NCBI GenBank assembly: GCA_964406665.1
Contig: CAYOSQ010000002.1
Location: 182,219-246,218 of the forward strand
Length of the DNA stretch: 64,000 nucleotides
Reading direction: 5' to 3'
From: an uncultured Planctomycetia bacterium
GTDB lineage: Bacteria > Omnitrophota > Gorgyraeia > VGKH01 > JBHPFN01
A program made the translations under genes and the position numbers. A model generated the notes under the pieces. That model searched no databases and was not told the origin of the DNA. It saw only the letters and a program-made list of their open reading frames with translations. Positions 10,225-20,243 of this stretch are shown here, piece by piece (within the stretch, counting starts at the first letter, position 1; each line of letters starts with the position of its first letter).

Positions 10225-11148
10225 CTATTTTCCTCCTAACAAAGAAACTAAAATAGCTTTTTGCACATGCATGCGATTTTCTGCCTGGTCAAAAACTATA
10301 GAATGCTTGCTTTCCATTATATTATCAGCCACTTCCTCTCCATGATGAGCTGGCAAACAGTGCATAAACTTATAATTCTTTTTTGCATTTGACACAAGAT
10401 TTTTGTTTACCTGAAATCCCTTAAAAGCTTTCATTCTTTTAGCTGATTCTTTTTCCTGACCCATGCTGGTCCAAACGTCTGTATAGACGACATCAGCTCC
10501 TTTGACAGTCTTGACAGACCAATTAGATGCAGTGGTGGAAGTAACAACAGTATTTTTTGCTAATGATTGAGCTTCTTTAATAACCTTATTTATTGGCTCG
10601 TATTCTTTTGGTGTTGCAATTTTTAAATTTATTCCTGCAAGCGCACACGCATAAGCAAGCGAATGACAGACATTATTACCGTCACCTACATAGGCTAGCG
10701 TTTTTCCCTTGCAAGTCTTAAGTTTCTCACGAATTGTATAAGCATCAGCCAGTGCTTGGCAAGGATGCAATAAATCTGACAATCCATTTATAACCGGAAT
10801 AGACGAATTTTTTGCCAAATCAACAATATCCTTATGAGAAAACGTCCGCGCAACAATACCATCAAGATAGCGCGAAAGTGTCTGAGCAACATCTTTAGTA
10901 GTTTCGCGCTTTCCTAGTTTTATCTCATCAGGACCTAAATAAATACAGTTGCCACCTAATTGCCAGACTCCTACTTCAAAAGATACGCGCGTACGATTAG
11001 AAGGTTTTTGAAAAACCAGACCGATTGATTTACCCTTAAGTTTCTGAGAATACTTTTTAGAATTTTTCTTTATATCATCAGTTAACTTAAAGAACTTTTC
11101 AATATCTCTTGGTTTATAATCTTTTAAAGCAATAAAATCTTTTTCCAT
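10225..11148 (-). CDS. argF: Ornithine carbamoyltransferase
   Basis: KPSNRTRVSFE, HPCQALAD, DVWTSMGQE, FMHCLPAH. Confidence 0.96.
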   Translation of the reverse strand: MEKDFIALKDYKPRDIEKFFKLTDDIKKNSKKYSQKLKGKSIGLVFQKPSNRTRVSFEVGVWQLGGNCIYLGPDEIKLGKRETTKDVAQTLSRYLDGIVARTFSHKDIVDLAKNSSIPVINGLSDLLHPCQALADAYTIREKLKTCKGKTLAYVGDGNNVCHSLAYACALAGINLKIATPKEYEPINKVIKEAQSLAKNTVVTSTTASNWSVKTVKGADVVYTDVWTSMGQEKESAKRMKAFKGFQVNKNLVSNAKKNYKFMHCLPAHHGEEVADNIMESKHSIVFDQAENRMHVQKAILVSLLGGK

Positions 11149-11158
11149 GATTTTTCCT

Positions 11159-12337
11159 TTAAGTTTTGCTTAAAACCTCATCTAATATTCTTATTGCTCG
11201 ATTAATTTGACCCCTTGTTACATTAAGCGCTGGCATCATTCTTAAGATTTTCTCATGTGTACAATTAATGATTAACCCTTTCTCAATGCAATCCTCAACA
11301 ATTTTTTTACCAGAAATTGATAACTCAATACCAATCATCAGCCCGATGCCACGAACTTCTGTTATGCATGGATATTTTTTCTTTAAATCATTAAGTTTTT
11401 TAAAAAGGTTTTCGCTCATTAACTGAGCGTTCTTAAGCAGCTTTTCTTTCTGAATAGATCTAAACATAGCCAGGGCTGCTTTGCAAACAATCGGGCTTCC
11501 ACCAAATGTAGATGCATGCATTCCGGGTTTAAGCGTGTCAGCTATTTCTTTTCGAGCAACCATCACACCCATAGGCAAGCCACCGGCGATAGATTTTGCC
11601 AGAGTCATAATGTCTGGGGTTATGCCATAATTCTGATAACAGAACATTTTAGCTGTTCTTCCCATTCCTGTTTGAACTTCATCAACTATCAAAAGCAAAT
11701 CCTTTTCCTTGCAAAGCTTATCTAAGTCTTTTACAAAATCTTTAGTGGCAACGTTAACTCCACCTTCTCCTTGAACTAATTCCAACATAATAGCAACGGT
11801 TTTGCTACTGATAGCTTTTTTTACGCTGTCGATATTATTAAATTCAACTGCTTTAAAACCAATGGGTATAGGAGAAAAACCTTGTTGGTATTTTTCTTGT
11901 CCTGTTGCCGCAAGTGATGCAAGAGTTCTACCGTGAAAAGAATCCTTAAAGCTGATAATTTCATAACGCTTGTTTTTTCCATAGGCTCGGGCAAATTTTA
12001 TTGCAGCCTCATTTGCTTCAGTCCCGGAATTACCGAAAAACACTTTACCTTTAAATGACCAGAAGATAATCTCTTTTGCAAGTTTTGCCTGAGGGATGTG
12101 ATGCAAGTTATTTGGTATATGAATAAGCTTGCTTACCTGATCCCTAACTGCTGACATTACCTTAGGATGACAATGGCCTAAATTACTTACTCCCCAGCCC
12201 GGGAAGAAATCTAGATATTCTTTATTGTGAATATCAACAAGCTTCATCCCTTTTCCTTTTACGAAAATCAAAGGTGAGCGAGTATAGGTATTTAATATAA
12301 AATCTTTATATGCCTGAAAAACTTGATTTGCTTTCAT
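11159..12337 (-). CDS. argD: Acetylornithine aminotransferase
   Basis: NSGTEANE, SFHGRT, DEVQTGMGR, HASTFGG; arg cluster context. Confidence 0.93.
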   Translation of the reverse strand: MKANQVFQAYKDFILNTYTRSPLIFVKGKGMKLVDIHNKEYLDFFPGWGVSNLGHCHPKVMSAVRDQVSKLIHIPNNLHHIPQAKLAKEIIFWSFKGKVFFGNSGTEANEAAIKFARAYGKNKRYEIISFKDSFHGRTLASLAATGQEKYQQGFSPIPIGFKAVEFNNIDSVKKAISSKTVAIMLELVQGEGGVNVATKDFVKDLDKLCKEKDLLLIVDEVQTGMGRTAKMFCYQNYGITPDIMTLAKSIAGGLPMGVMVARKEIADTLKPGMHASTFGGSPIVCKAALAMFRSIQKEKLLKNAQLMSENLFKKLNDLKKKYPCITEVRGIGLMIGIELSISGKKIVEDCIEKGLIINCTHEKILRMMPALNVTRGQINRAIRILDEVLSKT

Positions 12338-12341
12338 TGTC

Positions 12342-13196
12342 TTATGAAATTATTTCCGTTCCGATACCCTTATCAGTAAAAATTTCCAAAAGCAGCGCGT
12401 GAGGAATTCGGGCATCTATTATGTGAGTTTTCTTAACTCCACCTTCCTCTGTTTTAATACAAGCCTGCACCTTAGGAATCATTCCTTCCTGAATAACTCC
12501 TTCTTTAATCAATGCTTTCGCATCCTTTACCTGTAGAGTGGAAAGAAGTGATTCATGATCATGCTGATTACGCATAATTCCTTTTACGTTAGTTAACAGC
12601 ACAAACTTCTCTGCTTTAAGCCCGATGGCTATTGCCGAAGCAGCATCATCAGCATTAATATTGTAAAGCAGACCATCTTCACTTTTTCCCATAGGACAAA
12701 TAACCGGGATGCAATCGAGAGATGTTGCCCTTTTGATTGACGAACAACGCACTTCCTTGATGTCTCCCACAAAGCCTAAGCTTTTCTTGCTCTTTTTTCG
12801 AACAGTTGTAATAAGATTGCGTTTCTCGCCGCTTAACCCCATAGCGCCAGCATGTAGATTCTTTATTTCTCCAACTAATAGCTCATTGAGTTTCTTTAAC
12901 TCCTCATCAACGATTTTTAGAGTATCCGCATTAGTTACTCTTATTCCGTGATGGAACTCGTTCTTTTTTCCTAATGCTTTCATTCTTTCACTTATGTTTG
13001 GCCCTCCCCCGTGAACCAACACAGGTCGTATTCCCATAAAATGAAGGAAAACAATATCCTCAAGGACACTTTTGCGGATACTTTCTTCGCCAAGAATGCT
13101 TCCACCATATTTTATTACCACGGTTTTTTTGCGAAACGCTCTAATATACGGAAGCGCCTCGATTAAAACATCTGCTTTTTTTATAATTGCTTCCAT
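12342..13196 (-). CDS. argB: Acetylglutamate kinase
   Basis: EALPYI, VIKYGG, VHGGGP, NINAD, GMIPKV. Confidence 0.96.
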   Translation of the reverse strand: MEAIIKKADVLIEALPYIRAFRKKTVVIKYGGSILGEESIRKSVLEDIVFLHFMGIRPVLVHGGGPNISERMKALGKKNEFHHGIRVTNADTLKIVDEELKKLNELLVGEIKNLHAGAMGLSGEKRNLITTVRKKSKKSLGFVGDIKEVRCSSIKRATSLDCIPVICPMGKSEDGLLYNINADDAASAIAIGLKAEKFVLLTNVKGIMRNQHDHESLLSTLQVKDAKALIKEGVIQEGMIPKVQACIKTEEGGVKKTHIIDARIPHALLLEIFTDKGIGTEIIS

Positions 13197-13197
13197 T

Positions 13198-14358
13198 CTA
13201 ATTATACCCCGCGTTAATCTTTACATAATCAACGGATAAATCCGAAGTATAAATCGTGCTTTCGTGATCACCCATTTTTAAATCAATATTTATATTAACT
13301 TCTTTTTTTCTAAACGAATCAGTTTCGATAACCACCTTTGAAGGATTAAACTGAACTCCCGATGCTCCCATTGCAGCCATTATCCTACCAGTGTTCTGAT
13401 TTCCTGCAAAAATTGCAACCTTAAGCAAAATTGAATTAGCAACTGCTTTGGCAAGTTTCTTTGCGTCATCTTTTGATCGAGCACCCTTAATCATAACATT
13501 TACAAATTTATTTGCACCCTCAGCATCAGAAACAATCATTTTTGCAAGTGCTAAAGAAACATAAGCCAATGCCGCAGCGAATTGCTTGTAATCTCTGCTG
13601 CTAGATTCGATACATCGGTTATTTGCCATTCCATTAGCTAGAACAAACACCGAATCATTGGTACTTTCTTGCCCATCAACAGTAATGCAATTAAAAGATT
13701 GATCAACTGCACTCTTTAAAGCCTTGCGCAAAGCCCGTGATTCAATTGCCGCATCAGTAGTTATGAATGCCAACATTGTTGCATGTCTGTTTCCTGAGAA
13801 ACTTAAATCAGGATAAATCATCCCAGCACCCTTGGCCATTCCGGCAATTGTTACAGTTTCACCACCTGCTTTAATAGATACCGCTATTTCTTTCGGCTTT
13901 GTATCAGTAGTCATAATTGCCTGTGTGGCAGTATAGTTGTTTGCACAAGACAATCCCTTTACCAGTAGCGGCGCTGCCTTCTCTATTTTTTCAACCGGTA
14001 GTCTTTGATTAATTATACCTGTTGAAGCTGCTAAAACATCAGTTGCGTTAATGCCAAGTTCTTTGGCAATACATGCTGTCATGCGTTTTGCATTATCTAA
14101 TCCTTCTTTTAGTTGAACACAATTAGCATTACCACTATTTACAACAATCGCTTGAGCCCGTTTATTTTTTAAGTGCACTTTATCTAAAACAATGTGTGAA
14201 GCCTTAAAAATGTTTGAAGTAAACATCGCCATAGCAATAGCTGGATTGTGAGAATAAATCAAAGCTAAGTCTTTTTTTCCAGATTTTTTTATCCCGCTAG
14301 CTAAACCGTTTGCCGTAAAGCCAATCGGTGCAGTTACTCCTCCTGAAACAGTTTTCAT
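13198..14358 (-). CDS. argJ: Ornithine acetyltransferase / N-acetylglutamate synthase
   Basis: NSGNAN, MTTDT, KGAGMIYP...ATML, STNDSV, DAEGA. Confidence 0.95.
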   Translation of the reverse strand: MKTVSGGVTAPIGFTANGLASGIKKSGKKDLALIYSHNPAIAMAMFTSNIFKASHIVLDKVHLKNKRAQAIVVNSGNANCVQLKEGLDNAKRMTACIAKELGINATDVLAASTGIINQRLPVEKIEKAAPLLVKGLSCANNYTATQAIMTTDTKPKEIAVSIKAGGETVTIAGMAKGAGMIYPDLSFSGNRHATMLAFITTDAAIESRALRKALKSAVDQSFNCITVDGQESTNDSVFVLANGMANNRCIESSSRDYKQFAAALAYVSLALAKMIVSDAEGANKFVNVMIKGARSKDDAKKLAKAVANSILLKVAIFAGNQNTGRIMAAMGASGVQFNPSKVVIETDSFRKKEVNINIDLKMGDHESTIYTSDLSVDYVKINAGYN

Positions 14359-15377
14359 AACAACCCTGCCGTTTCTTTAAAATTTCCAATAATATTTAAA
14401 TTCTGCACTGCCTGAGAAGCAGCACCTTTCATTAAATTATCAATTACTGCAACGATAACTAACATCTTTTTTTCTTTAGTGTATGAAATTCCAATATCAC
14501 AGAAATTTGTACCCACAACATCTTTTATTTGAGGAAGTGAGCCTAGTTCACTAATTCTCACAAAAGGCTCTGTTTTATAAAATCTTTTGTACAAACTATG
14601 CAAATCCTTAACTGACGTTTTAGACTTAACTTTAACATAGATAGTCTCAAGAATTCCTCGATTAATAGGTATTAAATGAGGAACAAAATTAACATCAACT
14701 TTTTTTCCTGCTAATTTAGATAACTCTTGATTAATTTCTGGCATATGTTGATGCTGATTGATTTTATATGCCTTAAGGTTCTCATTTATTTCAGAGAAGA
14801 AAAATGGTAATGCCGCTTTTCTTCCGGCACCCGTAACACCAGATTTAGCATCTATCACTATGGAACCGGTGTCGATTAATCCTGAAGTTATCGCAGGCGA
14901 TAAAGATAAAATTGCTGCCGTAGGATAGCACCCGGGATTAGCAATAAGTTTTGCACCTCGAATATCTTCCCTGTAAAATTCCGGTAAACCGTATACAGCG
15001 TTTTTTATGTTTGTTTTATCCTTATGGGCTACACCGTACCAATCTTTATAAGTGTTAGAATCATTTAATCTATAATCTGCACTTAAATCAATTACCTTCT
15101 TACCCGCCTTTAACAATTCAGACGAAATCAACATAGCGACAGTATGTGGAACAGCTAAGAATAAAACATCGCAAGAATCAATTGCCTGTTTAAGATTAAA
15201 ATTATCACAGACTAGGTTAATCTTACCTGAATACTTAGGAAAGATGTTGCAAATGTTTTCTTTTTTATCAATTTTAGCGGATACATATGTAATTCTTACA
15301 TTAGAATGATTAAGTAAGATATCAATCAATGTTTCTCCGGTATAACCGGTTGCTCCGACTATTCCTACCTTTAACAT
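14355..15377 (-). CDS. argC: N-acetyl-gamma-glutamyl-phosphate reductase
   Basis: GATGYTG, DLSADYR, ANPGCYPT, SGVTGAGR, DNLMKGAA. Confidence 0.96.
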   Translation of the reverse strand: MLKVGIVGATGYTGETLIDILLNHSNVRITYVSAKIDKKENICNIFPKYSGKINLVCDNFNLKQAIDSCDVLFLAVPHTVAMLISSELLKAGKKVIDLSADYRLNDSNTYKDWYGVAHKDKTNIKNAVYGLPEFYREDIRGAKLIANPGCYPTAAILSLSPAITSGLIDTGSIVIDAKSGVTGAGRKAALPFFFSEINENLKAYKINQHQHMPEINQELSKLAGKKVDVNFVPHLIPINRGILETIYVKVKSKTSVKDLHSLYKRFYKTEPFVRISELGSLPQIKDVVGTNFCDIGISYTKEKKMLVIVAVIDNLMKGAASQAVQNLNIIGNFKETAGLL

Positions 15378-15460
15378 TATTACCGCCTTTTTAATATAGC
15401 TGCTTTAGTTTAAATATTTATAGAGAATTTAGCGACAAGCTGAGAAACTCTATATTCCTA

Positions 15461-15488
15461 ATAATATCATATTTCCCGCCGAGGTCAA
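15461..15488 (-). promoter_or_regulatory. Putative sigma70 promoter of the arg/lys operon
   Basis: TTGACC-N16-TATTAT with TGn extended -10. Confidence 0.5.
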
Positions 15489-15553
15489 CACATTTTTCGT
15501 CGGAAATAGACCTCAATCTACAGAACTAGAATTAATTAGCTCGACGATAAAAT

Positions 15554-15581
15554 AAAAAGCGCCAAAACCTTTTGGCGCTTT
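15554..15581 (-). terminator. Intrinsic terminator after rpsI
   Basis: aaagcgccaaaa-cc-ttttggcgcttt inverted repeat followed by U-tract on minus strand. Confidence 0.8.
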
Positions 15582-15609
15582 AAGAACAAATGTATTTAAA
15601 AATCTCGAA

Positions 15610-16005
15610 TTATCTCTTAGTCCACTGGAATTTCTTTCGTGCCCCCTTCTGTCCGTATTTCTTGCGCTCTTTCCTACGAGAGTCTCTTCTTAGGTAACCC
15701 TCTTTTTTCAAACTTGAGTGCAGCTCTTCATCAGCTCGATCCAGTGCTCTAGCAATACCCATTCTTAAGGCGCCAGCCTGTCCAGAAACACCACCACCAT
15801 TAACTCTTGCAAAGATATCAAATTTCGCAGTGCTCTCTGTTGTAACCAACGGTTGCAAGATAAGAATCCTGTCAGTCTCACGCATAAAGTAGTCTTCTAG
15901 CCTGCGTCCGTTTATCTTAAAGTTACCTTTTCCAGCTGTTAAGCGTACGCGGGCAATAGACTTTTTTCTTCTACCAGTTGCTATGAAAGTTGTCTTCTCT
16001 GACAT
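15610..16005 (-). CDS. rpsI: 30S ribosomal protein S9
   Basis: TGRRK, GGGVSGQAGA, ERKKYG...KFQWTKR. Confidence 0.98.
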   Translation of the reverse strand: MSEKTTFIATGRRKKSIARVRLTAGKGNFKINGRRLEDYFMRETDRILILQPLVTTESTAKFDIFARVNGGGVSGQAGALRMGIARALDRADEELHSSLKKEGYLRRDSRRKERKKYGQKGARKKFQWTKR

Positions 16006-16008
16006 TAA

Positions 16009-16440
16009 TTAAACCTCCAACTTCTTAGGATTCTGTGCTTTATGCAGATGATCTTCTCCTGCGTACACCTTAAGTTTTCCAAATATCTTTTTACCCAAAT
16101 GATTCTTAGGCAACATTCTTTTGATTGCTAACGATATAACTTTATCAGGACGTTTTTTGAGCATAGTTTCTAAGGTCGTGCTTCTTAATCCACTCGGATA
16201 TCCCGTGTAGTGTGTATAGACTTTTTCTTTTAATTTCTTACCTGTTACGCGAATCTTTGCTGCATTTGTAATAATAACAAAATCTCCAGTATCAATATGA
16301 GGAGTAAAAATAGGCTTGTGCTTTCCTCTTAATATAGCAGCAACTTTTGCCGCCAACCGACCTAAAATTTTATCCGTAGCATCGACAACATACCACTTTG
16401 CTTTTATGTCTTTTTCTTTTGCAACATACGTCTTTTTCAT
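16009..16440 (-). CDS. rplM: 50S ribosomal protein L13
   Basis: WYVVDA..ILGRLA, GKHKPIFTPHIDTGD, HTGYPSG-like motif. Confidence 0.98.
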   Translation of the reverse strand: MKKTYVAKEKDIKAKWYVVDATDKILGRLAAKVAAILRGKHKPIFTPHIDTGDFVIITNAAKIRVTGKKLKEKVYTHYTGYPSGLRSTTLETMLKKRPDKVISLAIKRMLPKNHLGKKIFGKLKVYAGEDHLHKAQNPKKLEV

Positions 16441-16518
16441 TAAAAATCCTTATTAATTTAATTATATCCTTTTCACGAGTTGAACCTGTGGAAGCCTTAA
16501 TGATTCACAAGAGTTATA

Positions 16519-16547
16519 CTTATATCATTTATTTTAAATCTTGTCAA
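16519..16547 (-). promoter_or_regulatory. Putative sigma70 promoter for rplM-rpsI
   Basis: TTGACA-N17-TATAAG with TGn; -35 overlaps truA stop. Confidence 0.55.
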
Positions 16548-17287
16548 TAGTTAACTTTCATAAGACATAAGCCTTTGGCAGGAACGGTAGATCCGGCAAA
16601 TTTTCGGTTTTTAAGCCTTAAAATACGCTTAATACTTCCTTTTGCTAGCCTTCCCCTGCCAATATCAATTAGAGTTCCCACAATATTTCTAGCCATTTTG
16701 TACAAAAAACCCTCGGCTTCAATATCAAAATATATAAACCCATTGTGTTTTTTAATGGTTATTTTCTTTAATCTGCGAATTGAGCTACGCTCTTTCTTTT
16801 CAGCAGCTTGAAAACTCTTAAAATTATGCCTGCCTACTAGTTCCTCAGACTCCTTGCGCATCAAATTAAGATCTAGCTTATACAAGCAGCGATAATGGTA
16901 CTGTCTGTTAAAAATGGGCTTTTCAGGGCTATTTAACAATGAATACCTATAAACTTTAGATTTAACATCAAATCTTGCATGGAAATTTGAAAGAACTTCC
17001 CGAATATTACTTATGCCAATATCTTCTGGTAAGGTTGCATTCAACGAGCGCTTAATTTCTTTCCCAGATAGATCTCTTGCGGTTTTGAAATTGGCAACCT
17101 GAGCTAACGCGTGCACACCGCTATCTGTCCTGCCCGAACCAACAAGTGAAACCTTTTCTCGCAAAATTCTACCTAGAGCTTTCTCAATCGTACCCTGAAT
17201 AGTCTTTGTGGAAGGCTTTCTTTTTTGAGTCTGCCAACCATTATAGTTAGTTCCTTGATACTCAATAGTAATTTTGAAGTTTCTCAT
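16544..17287 (-). CDS. truA: tRNA pseudouridine(38-40) synthase
   Basis: YNGWQ, GRTDSGVHA, FHARF, FLYKMAR. Confidence 0.96.
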   Translation of the reverse strand: MRNFKITIEYQGTNYNGWQTQKRKPSTKTIQGTIEKALGRILREKVSLVGSGRTDSGVHALAQVANFKTARDLSGKEIKRSLNATLPEDIGISNIREVLSNFHARFDVKSKVYRYSLLNSPEKPIFNRQYHYRCLYKLDLNLMRKESEELVGRHNFKSFQAAEKKERSSIRRLKKITIKKHNGFIYFDIEAEGFLYKMARNIVGTLIDIGRGRLAKGSIKRILRLKNRKFAGSTVPAKGLCLMKVNY

Positions 17288-17304
17288 AAAATTGTGGATT
17301 AATT

Positions 17305-18327
17305 CTAGAGCAGTTCTTGCTTAACTACTTCTTCAGCAATCTGGATGGCGTTTAGTGCGGCACCTTTGCGAAGATTATCTGATACAACCCATAACCAAAG
17401 ACCAGTTTCAACATATGGATCTTTGCGAATGCGTCCGATAAACACCTCATCTTTTCCTTCACAATCAATGGGCATAGGGTAAACATTGTTAACAACATCA
17501 TCAACCAGCTTTATGCCGGGCGAATCAGAAAATACCTTCTTAATTTCTACAATAGGCATCTGCTTAGCAGTTTCAATATATATTGCTTCAGAATGGCCGG
17601 TTTTCACAGGAACCCTAACAGTAGTTGCAGAAATCTTAATATTTTCATCGTGCATAATCTTTTGAGTCTCATGAACCATTTTCCATTCTTCTGAAGTAAA
17701 ATCAGAATCAGAAAATCCGCCAATTTGAGGAATTACATTAAATGCAAATGGTCGAACAAGCTTTGAAGAAAAATTCGAAACTGCTGGAGATGAAAAATCT
17801 ATATCTATATTGACTTCACCTTCTAACTGCTTAACCGCACTTCTACCAGCTCCAGAAACAGCCTGATAACTAGAGACAATTACTCTCTTTAGCCCAGCAA
17901 CTTTGTAAATGGGGTTAAGTGCAACAACCATTTGTATAGTTGAACAGTTAGGATTAGAAATAATCCCGTTATGTTTTTTTACGTCTTCAGGGTTGACCTC
18001 AGGAACCACTAGGGGAACATCTGGCTCCATTCTAAAGTCAGCACCATTATCTATAACAATAGCACCTCTTTTTTTAGCTTCAGGAGCAAAGGTTACAGCG
18101 GCACCCTTTTCTCCCTCAGTACCAGCGAACAAAGCAATGTTTATGTCTTTAAAACCATCGTTGTTTATTTGCTCAACAGAATAAGTTTTATCGTCAACAG
18201 ATATTTCTCTAGCACTTCTGGCAAAAACACGTAATTCACCGATGGGGAAATTTCGCTGCGCTAAAATACGCAACATCTCCTCACCTACTGCACCAACTCC
18301 AACAACTGCAACATTATATTTTTCCAT
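17305..18327 (-). CDS. asd: Aspartate-semialdehyde dehydrogenase
   Basis: VPEVN, NPNCSTIQ, YQAVSGAG, VRVPV..GHSE, DNLRKGAALN. Confidence 0.96.
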   Translation of the reverse strand: MEKYNVAVVGVGAVGEEMLRILAQRNFPIGELRVFARSAREISVDDKTYSVEQINNDGFKDINIALFAGTEGEKGAAVTFAPEAKKRGAIVIDNGADFRMEPDVPLVVPEVNPEDVKKHNGIISNPNCSTIQMVVALNPIYKVAGLKRVIVSSYQAVSGAGRSAVKQLEGEVNIDIDFSSPAVSNFSSKLVRPFAFNVIPQIGGFSDSDFTSEEWKMVHETQKIMHDENIKISATTVRVPVKTGHSEAIYIETAKQMPIVEIKKVFSDSPGIKLVDDVVNNVYPMPIDCEGKDEVFIGRIRKDPYVETGLWLWVVSDNLRKGAALNAIQIAEEVVKQELL

Positions 18328-18331
18328 TTTA

Positions 18332-18676
18332 TTATATATTTTTTTCAGCGATATCGCCTGCTAAAGGAAGCTTAAAGCATTCTCCCTTATAAGCCTTAAC
18401 CATTAAAATAACCCAAAGTACAATATTTAAAACGCCAACTATTGGTATCAAGATCCAGCCAAGAACTGGCACAAAAGGCAAAACTATGCTAAAGACAAAC
18501 AATCCTCCAAACACAACAGTGGATTGCATTGCATGAAACCTAACAAATTTATTGTTTTTCTCCAGGACAATAAAAATTATTCCGGAGACAAATCCCAAAA
18601 GATAACATAAAAGTGCGGCCACATTTGGCTGAAGCCCAACCTCCGTTGTACCTAAATCTTTTTGTTCATCAACCAT
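18332..18676 (-). CDS. DUF4870/Tic20-like membrane protein
   Basis: GLQPNVAALLCY, FVRFHAMQS, KAYKGE.FKLP. Confidence 0.8.
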   Translation of the reverse strand: MVDEQKDLGTTEVGLQPNVAALLCYLLGFVSGIIFIVLEKNNKFVRFHAMQSTVVFGGLFVFSIVLPFVPVLGWILIPIVGVLNIVLWVILMVKAYKGECFKLPLAGDIAEKNI

Positions 18677-18690
18677 TTAGCACCCCCCTC

Positions 18691-19746
18691 TTAGAAATTT
18701 TCAATTACCAAGTCTCCAACTTCCTGGGTGGAATATCCCATCTTTCCAGCACCGAGACTTTTTAACTTTGTTTGTGTAATCTTTATAACAGAATCCTCAA
18801 CCATCTTAGCAGCTTTATCTTCCCCTAATGTTTCCAGCATCATAGAAAGCGCGCAAATTGCAGCTAAAGGATTAATAACATTCTTTCCTGTATATTTAGG
18901 CGCAGAACCACCTATAGGTTCAAACATAGATACGCCTTCTGGATTAATATTTCCGCCGGCAGCAATACCCATTCCCCCTTGGACCATTGCACCCAGATCA
19001 GTTATGATGTCACCGAACATATTATCTGTCACAATAACATCGAACCATTCAGGATTTTTTACAAACCACATACAAGTAGCATCAACGTGAGCATAGTCAG
19101 TTTTTATATCCGAATATTCTTTTGCCACTTCATTAAACGTTCTTTCCCAAAGATCCCAGGCATAAGTTAATACATTTGTTTTTCCACAAAGCGTTACCTG
19201 TTTTCTCATGTTTCTTTTTCTTGCATATTCAAACGCATAACGGATACAGCGCTCAACGCCTTTTCTGGTATTGTGGGAAATCTGAATAGCTACTTCATCT
19301 TTTGAATCTTTATTCTGGAATTCTCCCATTCCTTTATAGAGACCCTCTGAGTTTTCTCTTACAACCACAAAATCAATATCCTCAGGACCTTTATCTTTTA
19401 CAGGACAAAAATCAGCATTATACAACTTAACCGGACGCAGATTGATATATTGATCCAGGCTGAAACGAAGTTTAAGTAGCAAACCTTTTTCTAAAATCCC
19501 TGGTTTTACATCAGGATGACCCACAGCACCAAGATAAATAGTTGACATACCTCTTAATTCATCTATATCAGCATCAGATATAATTTCGCCGGTCTTTAAA
19601 TATCTGTCACCGCCAAAATCATACTCTTTGGTTTCGTACTTAAAACCAACTTTAGAAGCAACAGCTTCTAAAACTTTAAGGCCTTCTCTTACAACTTCTG
19701 GGCCCGTTCCGTCGCCGGGGAGAACTGCAATTTTGTAAGCGCTCAT
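18691..19746 (-). CDS. leuB: 3-isopropylmalate dehydrogenase
   Basis: PGDGTGPEV, NLRP, VRENSEG, NMFGDIITD, EPIGGSAP; follows leuCD. Confidence 0.93.
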   Translation of the reverse strand: MSAYKIAVLPGDGTGPEVVREGLKVLEAVASKVGFKYETKEYDFGGDRYLKTGEIISDADIDELRGMSTIYLGAVGHPDVKPGILEKGLLLKLRFSLDQYINLRPVKLYNADFCPVKDKGPEDIDFVVVRENSEGLYKGMGEFQNKDSKDEVAIQISHNTRKGVERCIRYAFEYARKRNMRKQVTLCGKTNVLTYAWDLWERTFNEVAKEYSDIKTDYAHVDATCMWFVKNPEWFDVIVTDNMFGDIITDLGAMVQGGMGIAAGGNINPEGVSMFEPIGGSAPKYTGKNVINPLAAICALSMMLETLGEDKAAKMVEDSVIKITQTKLKSLGAGKMGYSTQEVGDLVIENF

Positions 19747-20243
19747 TTTCTACTTCTTCCTTTTTCTTTTTTAACCCAATTCATCAAACCACCTGCCTTT
19801 ACCAATCCCTGCATAAATTCAGGAAAGCTTTTTGAGTTGTATGTTTTGTGTTGTGATAGATTTCTTATAACACCTTTTTTTAGATCTACCTCAAGTAAAT
19901 CCTGCTGCCTAATATTTTTAGCCTGCGATAACTCAATAATTGGTAATCCGATATTAATTGCGTTTCTAAAAAATATTCTAGCAAAGCTTTGGGCGATTAC
20001 GCAAGATATCCCAGCACCCTTTATAGCCCTGGGTGCATGCTCGCGTGAAGAACCACAGCCAAAATTTTTTCCTGCAACAATTATATCAGACTTCTTTATA
20101 TTTTTAATAAAATCTTTGTCGATATTTTCCATGCACAGTTTTCCCAGCTCTTTTTCATCAGTAAGGTTCAAATACTGTGCTGCAATTATATCATCAGTAT
20201 TAATATCATCACCGAACTTATATGCTCTTCCTTTTAAAATCAT
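19743..20243 (-). CDS. leuD: 3-isopropylmalate dehydratase small subunit
   Basis: DINTD, NFGCGSSREHA, SFARIFFRN. Confidence 0.95.
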   Translation of the reverse strand: MILKGRAYKFGDDINTDDIIAAQYLNLTDEKELGKLCMENIDKDFIKNIKKSDIIVAGKNFGCGSSREHAPRAIKGAGISCVIAQSFARIFFRNAINIGLPIIELSQAKNIRQQDLLEVDLKKGVIRNLSQHKTYNSKSFPEFMQGLVKAGGLMNWVKKEKGRSRK

